A stretch of DNA of 64,000 nt from the human T2T-CHM13v2.0 reference genome, Homo sapiens. The position numbers were made by a program, and so were the translations under genes. The first letter of the stretch is position 1. Every line of letters begins with the position of its first letter. Of this stretch, positions 17,691 to 31,377 are shown one piece after another. Under the pieces are notes generated by a model. It made no database searches, was not told the origin of the DNA, and worked only from the letters and a program-made list of their open reading frames with translations. The stretch lies in assembly GCF_009914755.1 (NCBI RefSeq), contig NC_060936.1; one strand, given 5' to 3'.

Positions 17691-19531
17691 GAAATAAAGC
17701 CAAATACTTAACATCCAACTGATCTTTGATGAAGCATACAAAAACATAAACCTATTTAATAAATGGTGCTGAAAAGACTGGCAATCCGCATGCAGAAGAA
17801 TGAAACTGGATCCCAATCTCTTACCTTATACAAAAATCAACTCAAGATGGATCAAAGACTTAAATCTAAGAACTGAAACCATAAAAATCACAGAAGATTA
17901 CATCAGAAAAACTCTTCTGGACATTAGCCTATGCAAAGAATTTATGACTAATACTCCAAAAGCAAATACAACAAAAATGAAAATAAATAAATGGAACTTC
18001 ATGAAACTAAAAAGCTTCTGCACAGCAAAAGAAATAATCAGCAGAGTAAATAGACAACCCACAGAATGAGACAAAATATTTGCAAACATATATGCATCCA
18101 ATAAAGGACTAATATCCAGAATCTACTAGGATCTCAAACAAATCAGCAAGAAAAAAATAATAATCCCATGAAAAAGTGAGCAAGGGACATACATAGACAT
18201 TTCTCAAAAGAAGATATACAAACAGCCAACAAACATATGAAACAATGCTCAACATTACTAATTATCAGGGAAATGCAAATTAAAACCACACAATGAGATA
18301 CCACCTTACTCCTACAATAATGGCCATTATTAAAAAGTCAAAAAAACAACAGATGTTGGCATGGATATGGTAAAAAGGAAATGCTTATACACTGTAAATT
18401 AGTACAACCTCTATGAAAAACAGTATGAAGATTCCTTAAAGAACTAAAAATAGATCTACCATTCAATCCAGCAATCCTGCTGCTGGGTATCTACCCCAAA
18501 ATAAGTCATTATATATGAAAAAGACACTTGCACGTGTATGATTATAATAGCAGAATTCACAATTGCAAAGATATGGGACCAACCTAAGTGCCCATTAACC
18601 AATGAGTGGATAAAGAAAATGTGGTATATGTACACCATGGAATACCACTCAGCCATAAAAAGTAATGAAATAATGTCTTTTGCAGCACCTTGGTTAGAGC
18701 TGGAGACTATTATTCTAAGTAACTCAGGAATGGAAAACCAAAACTGTATGCTCTGACTTACAAGTGGAAGCTAAGCTGTAAGTAGGCAAATCCATACAGA
18801 GTGATATAATGACTCAGAAGCAGGAGGTGAAAAGGGAGGGGGAGGGATAAAAAAAACTACATATTGGGTACAATGTACACTACTCAGGTGAGTGACAGGT
18901 GCATTACAATCAGAATTCACAACTATATAATTCATCCATGTAACCAAAAACGTCTTGTACCCCAAAATCTATTGAAATAAAAAATACATAAATAAAAATA
19001 AAAATATCTTCCTCTTGCACAGTGCCTTGTAAGAAGTAGGAAATCAAAAATTGTTTGTTTGCATTGGGTTGGATATCAGAGAGCCATATAAAAGAGAAGG
19101 TAGTCAAAATTGTGAAGATGAAGTTATGTAAAGCCCATAATTGAATAAAACAGAGATACAGTGTTAAAAATTACAACAGCTAGGATCAGAAAAAAAGGCA
19201 CTTAGAAGGTGCCTGTAATTATGATTCTCATAAAATAGCAATTAGAACTATTTCCCAAGCTTCAGTTATTCAAGTATATTCCTAATAATTTTTGATAAAA
19301 AACCTACATTAACATTTATACTACTTTTCCTTAAAAGCTTATTTTTTTTTCAAAAAATATTTTTGACTATCGACTGTATGGCAAGTACTATTCTCAGACT
19401 GTTGGATACATCCATGTACAGCAAAGCTGTCTGTCCTTTTAGAGACTATATTCTACGGAGAAAGGCAGACGATATATAAGAAACAGATAGATAAGAAAGA
19501 GGAAGACAATATACAAGAAAGAGAATAAGTA

Positions 19532-19622
19532 TCATGCTGGTGCAAAAGTAATTGCGGTTTTTGCCATTACTTTTATCCTATATACTTTCAATGGCAAAAA
19601 CCGCAATTTTGCACCAACCTAA
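19532..19622. mobile_element. MADE1 mariner-derived MITE (palindromic)
   Basis: TGGTGCAAAAGTAATTGCGGTTTTTGCCATT ... AATGGCAAAAACCGCAATTTTGCACCAACCTAA, flanked by TA on both sides. Confidence 0.9.
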
Positions 19623-19825
19623 TAAGTAAATAGTAGAGTATATTAGACTATAATAAATGCTATGGTAAATAAACAGAGGTAAGGGAGATGAAGAATGTAG
19701 GGAAAAAGGGTTGGTAACTTTAAATAGTTATGTGAGTAAGCATCATTAAGAAGGTCATGTTTGTGCAGAGATGGAAACGAGGTGAGAGGCCAGGCCCTGC
19801 AGCTTTGTCGGGTAAGAATCATTCA

Positions 19826-20121
19826 GGCCGGGCGCGGTGGTTCACGCCTGTAATCCCAGCACTTTGGGAGGCCGAGGCGGGCGGATCATGAGGTCAGGAG
19901 ATCCAGAACATCCTGGCTAACACAGTGAAACTCCGTCTCTACTAAAAAATACAAAAAAAAATTAGCCAAGCGTGATGGCGGGCGCCTGTAATCCCAGCTA
20001 CTCGGGAGGCTGAGGTAGGAGAATGGCGGGAACCCGGGAGGCGGAGCTTGCGGTGAGCAGAGATCGCGCCACTGCTCTCCAGCCTAGGCCACAGAGCGAG
20101 ACTCCGTCTCAAAAAAATAAA
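19826..20121 (+). mobile_element. AluY
   Basis: CpG-rich, gagaatggcg/ggagcttgc diagnostics; TSD AAGAATCATTCA. Confidence 0.9.
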
Positions 20122-20591
20122 AGAATCATTCAGGTAAAGCAGATAAGAATCACCAATACCTTGAGGTGGAAGCACGCCTGACATGGTTGAGAAACAACAG
20201 AGAAGCCAGCGTCCTGAGTGCGGTGAGTAAAGATGAAGGAAGTAGGAGATTAGCTCAAAGTTAAGAGGGCCAGAATATGTAGCGTCTTATAGATAATTAC
20301 AAAGGTATTTCTTTTTTATGTTGCTTTGTTTTTACTCTGAGATACATGAGAAGTTGATGAGAATTTTAAGTGGAGAACCGACATGATTTTATTTAAATTT
20401 AATGGTCTCACTCTGATTTGTTTGAAAATAGACTGTAGAGGGTGAGGGTGAAGGCTCAGAGACGACTTCAAAAATTATTGCTATAAGCCAAACAAGTGAA
20501 CATGGTGGCCCCTGAGCATGTCCTCTGGTGTGACCATTACTCATCTCGAATTTAACTTTCAGACTGAGGTTCGGCTAGCAGCTATTTCACC

Positions 20592-20683
20592 TTTTCTGTC
20601 TCTTGGAAAAGTGTGGATGTTTTCTGTCTCTTGGAAAAGTGTGGATGTTTTCTGTCTCTTGGAAAAGGGTGGATGTTTTCTGT
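20592..20683. repeat. 28-bp minisatellite, ~3.3 copies
   Basis: TTTTCTGTCTCTTGGAAAAGTGTGGATG x3 plus a partial copy; one mismatch in copy 3. Confidence 0.95.
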
Positions 20684-21058
20684 TTATTAACGTATATTTC
20701 CATATAAGCTGTGATATAAACGTGTCTCAACAGGTCAGGTACTGTATGTCTTGCACAACGTAGAGCAATCTTACTTTACACCGTCACTTTCGTGATACCC
20801 ACGTCATGGGTTAGGTTGCCTGGCCTGTCTGTTCACTAGATTAGTACAGCTGGATCTTCAGCATCCAGTTATTTACCTTGATTACCATAATTTCTTGGAG
20901 TCATCCACTATATCCTGGGGACCCAGGAGGAATGAATCAAAACAAAACCAAAATTAAAATACTAGATATCTCTTCCAAACTCCATCCTATGCTTTAACTA
21001 CTTAAAACAGTTAACCATACTCCTCATGTTCTCAGCCTGATCTATCTCTTCCCTTTCT

Positions 21059-21194
21059 TTTTTTATGTTTATTATACATTACATCATTTATTTATTTATG
21101 TATTTTTAATTGTACTTTAAGTTCTGGGATACACGTGCAGAACGTGCAGATTTGTTACATAGGTATATATGTGCCATGGTGGTTTGCTGCACCT
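21059..21194 (-). mobile_element. Very short 5'-truncated L1PA 3' end with 19-bp TSD
   Basis: tactttaagttctgggatacacgtgcagaacgtgcag; TSD ATCTATCTCTTCCCTTTCT at 21040-21058 and 21195-21213. Confidence 0.85.
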
Positions 21195-21471
21195 ATCTAT
21201 CTCTTCCCTTTCTACATGTTTTTAAGTAATGAAAACAAATTTGCATATTAAACAACAATAGTAAACCTCACAAAGATCTTTATCTTCTCTTAGGTTTTTA
21301 AAATTTTTAAGATCGCGAATTAATGCTTTAATATCAAAATATCTACTATAAATATCCACTCCACCCATACCAAATTCATCATCATTTTTGGGGAGAGGGC
21401 AAATTGTAATAGTGATTGTGACACACAGGCACATAATTTAGAGGCCATGGGTTTTTTGATAAGAGTTTTTT

Positions 21472-21477
21472 TTTATT
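21472..21477 (-). terminator. CLEC7A: Likely CLEC7A polyadenylation signal AATAAA
   Basis: TTTATT on + strand ~1.65 kb past the stop codon; consistent with my recollection of a ~2.6-kb mRNA. Confidence 0.65.
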
Positions 21478-21921
21478 GAAATGAAATCCACATAACATAA
21501 AATCATCCATTTTAAACTGCATAATTTAGTAAAATTGGTACAATTTCTTTTCACATATTAATCAACATTAGAGGACTGTAAATGCCTCCCTAGTAATACA
21601 GAAATATCCATTGGAAATAAAAATAGCACCAGTGGGAAAGTATGAAAAAAATAAGACAAATCAGCACATGAGGAAATATAGTTTCATTCCAATAATACCA
21701 TTTTACAGTAATTACTGAAAAAAATGGTAAAAATTGTAAAACAGTACATCACAAAACTAATAAAACATATTCCAAAATGTTAATACTTGTTCCAATGAGG
21801 TTGGTTACTTTTTTATATTCATCATCAGATTTTATGTATTTTTATGTATTTTTGTATTTAAAAAGCAGAAAACTTTCCTATGAGAGCAGTTTCCCTACAA
21901 TTACATATTATACAAGATTCT

Positions 21922-22882
<961 letters not shown>

Positions 22883-23132
22883 ACTCAAGCTTGGCTGCCC
22901 TGATTCCATGTCTAGGGATCTACTAACTAGAAAAATAATACTAGCCTACCTGTAGGTCGACAAATACAGAAATCACAGCCTCTCCCTTCAATTTCTTGGT
23001 TAAGATTACAGTTGGCCAAGCTCTCTAAACATTTTCTGCATTTATCTTGACCTCAGCTGTTACTCTTTTCTGTTCTGTTTTCTGTCCTCCTTACTACCTC
23101 ACATATTTCTCTCTCCTTCTCCACCCTTCCCC

Positions 23133-23265
23133 TTACATTGAAAACTTCTTCTCACAAATACTATATGAGGGCACACTACACAGTTGGTCATAAATGACTG
23201 ACACGTGAATCCATACACAATTTGGAGATGGGTTTTCTTGGGTAGCTGTGGTTCTGATCTGAAAT
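23133..23265 (-). CDS. CLEC7A: CLEC7A exon 6, CTLD C-terminus and stop
   Basis: FQIRTTATQENPSPNCVWIHVSVIYDQLCSVPSYSICEKKFSM*; WIH beta-glucan-binding motif; exon lengths 103+99+138+152+119+133 = 744 nt = 247 aa + TAA. Confidence 0.97.
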
Positions 23266-25268
23266 CTGTTAAAATAGAATACAGTGAGGTAATTAGAACA
23301 AATGTTAAGGAATACTGTCTACATGGCGCACAAATAAATTAGTAAGGATATTGGTGAAAAGAGTTCTGAAGTGTTTCTATTATTGGAAAAGGAGGCTTAA
23401 ATCTAAATTGTTGTGAATCTCAAGTGGTTAAATGAATAGTCTCCATTATTAAGGCAGAAAAACGACTTAATTTTTTTTCAAGAACTGCTACTAGCTGCAT
23501 AAACTAAAAAAAAAGTTCCTGACAAAGAAGAAAAATCATTTAATATTCTATAAAAAGTTCTTTATATATCTTTCAGCCTATTACTTAAATGTTTCTTTAT
23601 CAAATCAAGTAACAGTTTAATTAAATTATTACTGGATATACTTAATGAGTAGACCAAGCAGAAGCATTAATGCTAAAACAGATCTAGAACTAAAAAGAGA
23701 ATCAGAGATGCCCAGGCCATTTAAAGGCAGGGCAAACAACTCTGTATATTTTAATGTATCCTGGAAGCAGAATTATATTACAATACAATGCTTGACAGTT
23801 ATGGAAATCAACACTGCTAAATGCAGGCATGGTCCTGTTCAGTTTGGTCTTCAATCTCCTTAAGTAGCAGTGTTAATGAGTCAAGCTCAAAGAGCATCAC
23901 TGACCGTCAGTGCAAAAGCTATGACTTGGCACTCTTTGTCCTGGTTATGTATCTCTCCCTCTTGACCCTGAGGTTGGAAGATTGAGAAAACTTTGCTTTA
24001 GCGATGACTAAGGCTAAGATTAACTACTTAGATTCAGACCTCAGGGAGAACTCTGACCAGCATTATTCCTTAAAAATTTTCCTTGACCTATAAGTGTTTT
24101 GGGGGCATAGACACAGCTAGATTAAATAAATGCCACCCGGAAAACAAAAAAGTAGTAACATATCAAAATGTTAACTTGGGCCCACTTGTGATTATAGAAA
24201 GAGTCCTCTAGTCATACATTTAAAATAGCAAGAGAAAACTCAAGACAAACAAGTACTATAAGAAAGTAGAAAATACATTTGGCTGATAATAAATTCACTG
24301 TACTTAGCCTAGTAGAAGTAAAACAGTTAAGTGATTATGCTCAGCAGTTTGTACTGTTCACACTATTGGGTGAACAGACCTGGTGGTGAGAACAGAGGCA
24401 AATGAAAAAACAATTCAAATTAATTCTACAAAGATTTTAAGATAAAATGTTAACAACACTATAAAAAGCAATCTGACATAAGAGAAAACTAATCAACACA
24501 AAAGAAAAATAGTAAAAAAAAAACCAAACAGAAACAGATACATATAGAAAATTGGAATTATCAGACACAAGCTAAAACAACTATGGTTAGTGTATTCTGA
24601 AAGTTAGAAGACAATACTAAGAATGTTGGAAGAAAAAGTAGAAGTATACGTGTTGAAATAATAGATTTGAGAAAGAACTAAACTAAAATTATAAAACTGA
24701 AAATGTCACCAAACAAAATAAAAGACTTAATAGAGGCTTTTAATGGTAGATTAGCCACAGATGAGAAAAAATAGATGACCGGAAGATATGTGAAAGGTTA
24801 TTACATAGATTGGAGCAAAAAGCTAAAAAAGAATGAAAACACAGGAAAAAGCAAAAGAAACATATAGGATGGTGTCAATGGGTCTGTAATGAATGTAACT
24901 GGGATTCCAGGAGAAGGGAAAAAAGATGGGGAAAAGCAAAATATGAAGCAAGTATGGCTGAGAATTTTTCAGTGCTGAGTAAACACATTAGTTTTAAAAC
25001 ATATATTACCTTCAAACAGATGACCTCTCAAAAACAACAGTAAAAAATAGAAAACAGTGGAATAATATATTTGAGTGGCTGAGAGGAAAAACAACAAACC
25101 TCTAATTCTATACTTACTGGAAATATCAGTCTTAAGAAAAAATACCTGTAATGTACAGTTGGAAAGGAAGAAAGAAATAAACAACTAAAATCATAAATAT
25201 GTGGGCAAATTGAAATGAATACTAACTGCATAAATCTGTGCGCCACCTTGTCTGTCTAATTTTTATAT

Positions 25269-25834
<566 letters not shown>

Positions 25835-26466
25835 TCAGTTAATGTTAGTCTTTGATGAGTGAAGTATACATGTGTAATTCCTAGAACAACTACTAAAAGA
25901 TTAGTAAAAGAGATGTAAAAGACATGAAAGAGCACATTCCAAATGAACAGAAAAAAAAAACAGAATAAGAAAAAGTGTTAAATCGTCCAAAAAGGAGGAA
26001 AGAAAGGGGAAAAAAAGTAACAATTCTAAATCTTTATGTGCCTGATAACACGGCTTCAACACATCGAATAAAATGTTTACAGAACTGTAAGTAGAATCGC
26101 AGCGGAAGATTTCAACACAATTCTTTTCATATGGAAAGAGGAAGAAGCACGTAAAAATCACAGAACTACAAGCACGTGGAGCATGTTCTCTGATCACAGT
26201 GGAACTAAGCCTGAAACCTAAAACAAAGAGATAACCAGAAACACATATGTTTGTAAATTAAGAAATGCATTTCTAAATAACTCCTGGGTCAAAGAGCAGC
26301 TCACAGTGGAAATCAGAAAGTATTTTGAACTGAAAGACAATGAAAATACATTAAAATTATAGCCTTAAGTCTACATACTTGAGATAAAGGAAGGCTTAAA
26401 TTCATGAGGCAAGCACCCAATACGAGAAGTTTGAGATGGAATAGCAAATTTAAAACAAATAAATTA

Positions 26467-26710
26467 GGTCAGGAGATCGAGACCATCCTGGCTAACACGG
26501 TGAAACCCCGTCTCTACTAAATATACAAAAAATTAGCCGGGCATGGTGGTGAGCGCCTGTAGTCCCAGCTACTCAGGAGGCTGAGGCAGGAGAATGGCGT
26601 GAACCCGGGAGGCGGAGCTGGCAGTGAGCCGAGATCGCCATTGCACTCCAGCCTGGGCGACAGAGTGAGACTCTGTCTCAAAAAATAAAACAAAATAAAA
26701 TAAAAATAAA
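26467..26710 (+). mobile_element. 5'-truncated AluY
   Basis: Starts at ggtcaggagatcgag; TSD AAATAAATTAG. Confidence 0.88.
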
Positions 26711-27098
26711 TTAGATGGAAGGAAGTAATACAGATTAGAATAAAAGTTAATGAAAGAAATAATAAAAAGACAGAGTCAACAAAGTCAAAAGTTACTTTCT
26801 TTGAAAAACCAAATTGAACGGTACTCCTACTGAGACAGATGAAAAAACACACACAGGTGTGCACACACACACTAATAATAAGAACTTAAAAGAGACATAT
26901 TTCATATTCTGCAGATATTAAAAAGCAAATGAATGACAACAGCAGTGACAGAAACCACATAATAAGGAATAATGTATCATCAGGCAAATGTGAAATACGT
27001 TTAAAATATCTTTCTAAAATGCAAAATGTGAAAATGTGGTTGCTTTTTAACTTAATAATAAGTCTCACACATTAACTATGTACAAGACACTGTGCTAA

Positions 27099-27465
<367 letters not shown>

Positions 27466-27918
27466 AGAGCACCTTTCTATTCTTGTTTATGGAAAATGGG
27501 ACTCAGAGAGGAAAAGTGACTTATCCCCAGTGTCACACAATCAGTGAGTGGGGTAATCATTAACCCAAACTGAGGCCTGGCTTCAAAACCCATGCTCTTA
27601 ACCGGGGGGTTACACTGACTGACAGTGACTGCTCCTTGCCTGGACAACTTCAAACATGTCGATGCCTCCCTAGTAAGAAAACCAGAAGAATATCTGTGTT
27701 GATGCTACTAGATGGCCTCACTCTTTTTCACTCTAAGGTCCTCCTCATCTTTCTCCTCTTGTCCTAGTTCACTCTTTCTCTTCTTCTATATCTTTCTCCC
27801 TCTCTTTCTCATATATGGTGAGCAAATCAGGTTCTTAGCTGCTCGACAGAGGTTTTCATAGATGAGATGGAAACCTCTCTGAGAAAAAGGATGAAGCATT
27901 GTCTCTCCAAACACTTAC

Positions 27919-28037
27919 AAGTTAGAAGAGAATGTTGATCCATCCTCCCAGAGCCATGGTACCTCAGTCTGGGGCCGAGAAAGGCCTATCCAAAATGAAT
28001 TATCAGGTTGGGAAGACACTTGTTTTACTATAAATCC
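27919..28037 (-). CDS. CLEC7A: CLEC7A exon 5, CTLD part 2
   Basis: [39 protein letters not shown] with WIGL motif; 119 nt; acceptor CAG|, donor |GTAAGT. Confidence 0.97.
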
Positions 28038-28153
28038 CTGTAATGAAACATATACAAATATATAATAAAGAGAGAGAGAGAGAGAGAAAGAAACTATTAT
28101 CATGGACGCTGAGAAAAAGACAACTGATTGAATCACTTTGGTAAAGAATGCAA

Positions 28154-28453
<300 letters not shown>

Positions 28454-29585
28454 GAATGCATGCCTAACCTGACATCAACCTAGAGAGAAGTGCCAATTTT
28501 TGAATGTCATTGAATGTCTCAAAAGGCCTATCTTATTTATTTAAAGTAATTATCATTTAATTTTCCAAAAGAATAGATTTGTAATGTGAGGACTGTACTG
28601 CCTCCATTCAACCTATCTGACAAAATCCCAGATGGCAGTCCCCCTAGGCAGTTTTCATGGATGATTAGCCATTGTCTTCTCCTCCAATTGAAGAAATAAA
28701 TTGACGCTACTTTCGTTAAGTACTTCTCAGAGTTAGGTAACAACTTAAAAATAATTTAGTCCAACTGTATATTTTATGAATATGTAATCTGAGGTTCAGT
28801 GAAGATATCTGAATTGTTTACAAATCTATAACAATTTATTTTCAATTATAGGCTGGCCTAAAAGTCAGATAGACTTGTAATCCAGTACTCTTTCTTTGCC
28901 ATATATCTAGTTCCATTAACTTTAATATAAATTATTACTACTGGGTAAGACATTACAGAAACAAAAACAAAATAAGAATAGTGAAAGTAGGTGTAGAAGT
29001 TATAGACTGGTTTAGATTTATAACATAGAATTTTTCCTATTAACCCCTTATCTTACCTCATTGAAGCTCTACCCTTCATTCATGATGTGTTATAAGTGCC
29101 ACTTTTTCTGAAAACTTCTTAGGAACACGGGGATCTCTTTAAACTCCTATAGCATTTATTGCTAATGCCAGATATTTAACTTTTAATAGCTGCTGAGTTG
29201 CTTTTTTTTTACTTAAAAGATTATATGTGTCCTGTGATAGTAGGGTTATGTTTTAACCCTCTTTGCCTTTCCCAGTATCTTGCAAAGAGTAAATAATTTC
29301 TAAACATATATTATCATTGTTGCCATTTTTCTTGATAATTATGATGACAAGGAGAAGAATTTTCTACTTTACTTCCACCATATTTAAAAATTGAAATACA
29401 AACTCACAAAAATGGGTAGTGTCCTGATTATTGTAGTCATGCATACATGGAGTATGTTTGAAAGGATTTGTTTTAAGGCGAAACACAGTTTTTTAAATTA
29501 GTTAAAAATAAAAGCATATACTATGCACTTTATGTGCTTAAGGCATGCTATGATTATAATTATAGAGATATTAAAAATGAATTTT

Positions 29586-29868
29586 GGCCAAGTGTGGTGG
29601 CTTACACCTGTAATCCCAACACTGGGAGATCGAGGTAGGCAGATCGCTTGTGCCCAGGATTTTGAGACCAGCCCAGATGATATGGAGAAACCTCGTCTCT
29701 ATGAAAAATACAAAAAAACATTAGACGAGTGTGGTGGTGCACCCTGTAGTCCTACCTACTCAGGAAGCTGAGGTGGGAGGATCACTTGAGCCTGGGATGT
29801 CGCGGCTTCACTGCACTCTAGCTTGGGCAACAGAGTGAGACTCTGCCTCAAAAAAAAAAAAAAAAAAA
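29586..29868 (+). mobile_element. AluJ-like (host of the CLEC7A cryptic exon)
   Basis: Diverged dimer with ggaggatcacttgagcc. Confidence 0.88.
29756..29842 (-). CDS. CLEC7A: CLEC7A Alu-derived alternative exon in intron 4 (SLTLLPKLECSEAATSQAQVILPPQLPE*)
   Basis: Antisense Alu poly-T then GAGGCAG| acceptor; 87 nt in frame after exon 4, ending TAG|GTAGGA; matches my recollection of a truncated Dectin-1 isoform. Confidence 0.65.
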   Translation of the reverse strand, partial: SLTLLPKLECSEAATSQAQVILPPQLPE

Positions 29869-29965
29869 GACTTCATTTTAGGAAAAATTGTCATTACCTG
29901 GAATCTCCCTCTATCTTCCTTCAGGATACACACCACAGATAATCATAACAGAAGTCTACACTTAC

Positions 29966-30117
29966 CAATTCATTTGAGCTGTCTATCTTTAGGAGATTAG
30001 AGCCCAGTTGCCAGCATTGTCTTTTACTTCCATCCCAGGAATTTAGTGACATGCTGAATAGATAACAGCTCTTCTCATATATAATCCAATTAGGAGGACA
30101 AGGGCTGGAAAGAACCC
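29966..30117 (-). CDS. CLEC7A: CLEC7A exon 4, CTLD part 1
   Basis: [51 protein letters not shown]; 152 nt; acceptor CAG|, donor |GTAAGT. Confidence 0.97.
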
Positions 30118-31239
30118 CTGGAAATAAAAGATTAGTACCATGAGGTTCATAGCATACCAATTCACTCTTTTAGTGTGAACACCATTCATCTTAAGGACAC
30201 TTATGAAATAACCAATTAGTTGCCATTTTTATATTTCATTGTCAATTCGAACTACAGGGATATGATTTTACAGATGAGAATACATTAAAATCTTCCTATT
30301 CATTTAAAATTTAAAAACAAACTAGCTATAAATAGTATTTTAGGCAGCCAACCATCCTTTTTTTCTTCACTTGTCTTCTATTCCTTCTAATTCAGCTCAA
30401 AACTACCTTTCTCCTTAATAACTCCTTAAAATAAGTCCACTCACAATCAGTCATTGAGGTACACAGCAATTTCATATTGCTACTTATTTTATGATGTAAG
30501 ATCTACTTCATAATGTGACTTTCCAAGTGAGAAAAGTATAGGCCAATTATTCATATTATACACTATCTCTGTTATATATTATTAGCTACTTAATAAAAAT
30601 AGTGAGAAGGTATGGGTCCAGAGATGAAAAATTGAATTGAAAACATTAAGTCATAGTCAATTATGATGCAATTAGAAGTAAAAGTCAAGTGTGTATAGAA
30701 TTGTAATTAAGTAAATGAAATTGTATGATTAAACAAATTTGATGAGTTTTCAGGGACATGTGTATTAGGTCTACCTCTTTTGTATATTTTTAATATAGCT
30801 TCCTTATTCTTGGCAACATTTTCCCTTCTTTCCTTTCTCCCTGTCATTCTTCCTTTCTAATGTCATATTTCCTATTCTAACTGTATCGCATTTAAAATGT
30901 CAATTCTGTAAGGGGAGAGAACACTTTTCTTTTATTTGTATCAAATTATATGATCTCCTGTAGATCTAAGCACATAGCCAGTGATAAATCAGTTACTGAT
31001 TTTAAAAATTAATAAAGTCCAATTTAGAACTGTCCAGCCAACTGCATAGGGTACTTATAATTTCACCTTATTGTATATATGACAGGGATACATTACACTA
31101 AGGTAATACTAATATGTGTATTTGCCTTAAATTTACAATCATTGAATCTAAGTGTTTTTCTTTACACCCCTGCCCCAGGCTTCAGCACCAAGAATTAACC
31201 CTCTTGAGTCAAGATTCCGTCCTTTAACTATGCCCTTGC

Positions 31240-31377
31240 CTGTGGTTTTGACAGCTTTGGTAGGAGTCACACTGTCTTCTAAAGATGATTGTGTGGGTTG
31301 ACTGTGGTTCTCTTTATTTCTTGATAGAAAGTAGCCATTCTCCAATGTGTTGCTTCCTGAATTGGATCTCCAAATAG
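31240..31377 (-). CDS. CLEC7A: CLEC7A exon 3, stalk (skipped in Dectin-1B)
   Basis: [46 protein letters not shown]; 138 nt, phase 1-1; acceptor GAAG|, non-canonical donor CAG|GCAAGG. Confidence 0.95.

Larger units (their letters stand above)
19350..20520 (-). mobile_element. Degraded L2-like remnant, interrupted by MADE1 and an AluY
   Basis: Purine-rich antisense L2-type phrases (tagactgtagagggtgagggtgaagg). Confidence 0.45.

Noticed and set aside
20592-20683. 28-bp repeats as a CRISPR array
   Set aside because: No spacers; head-to-tail minisatellite in human DNA
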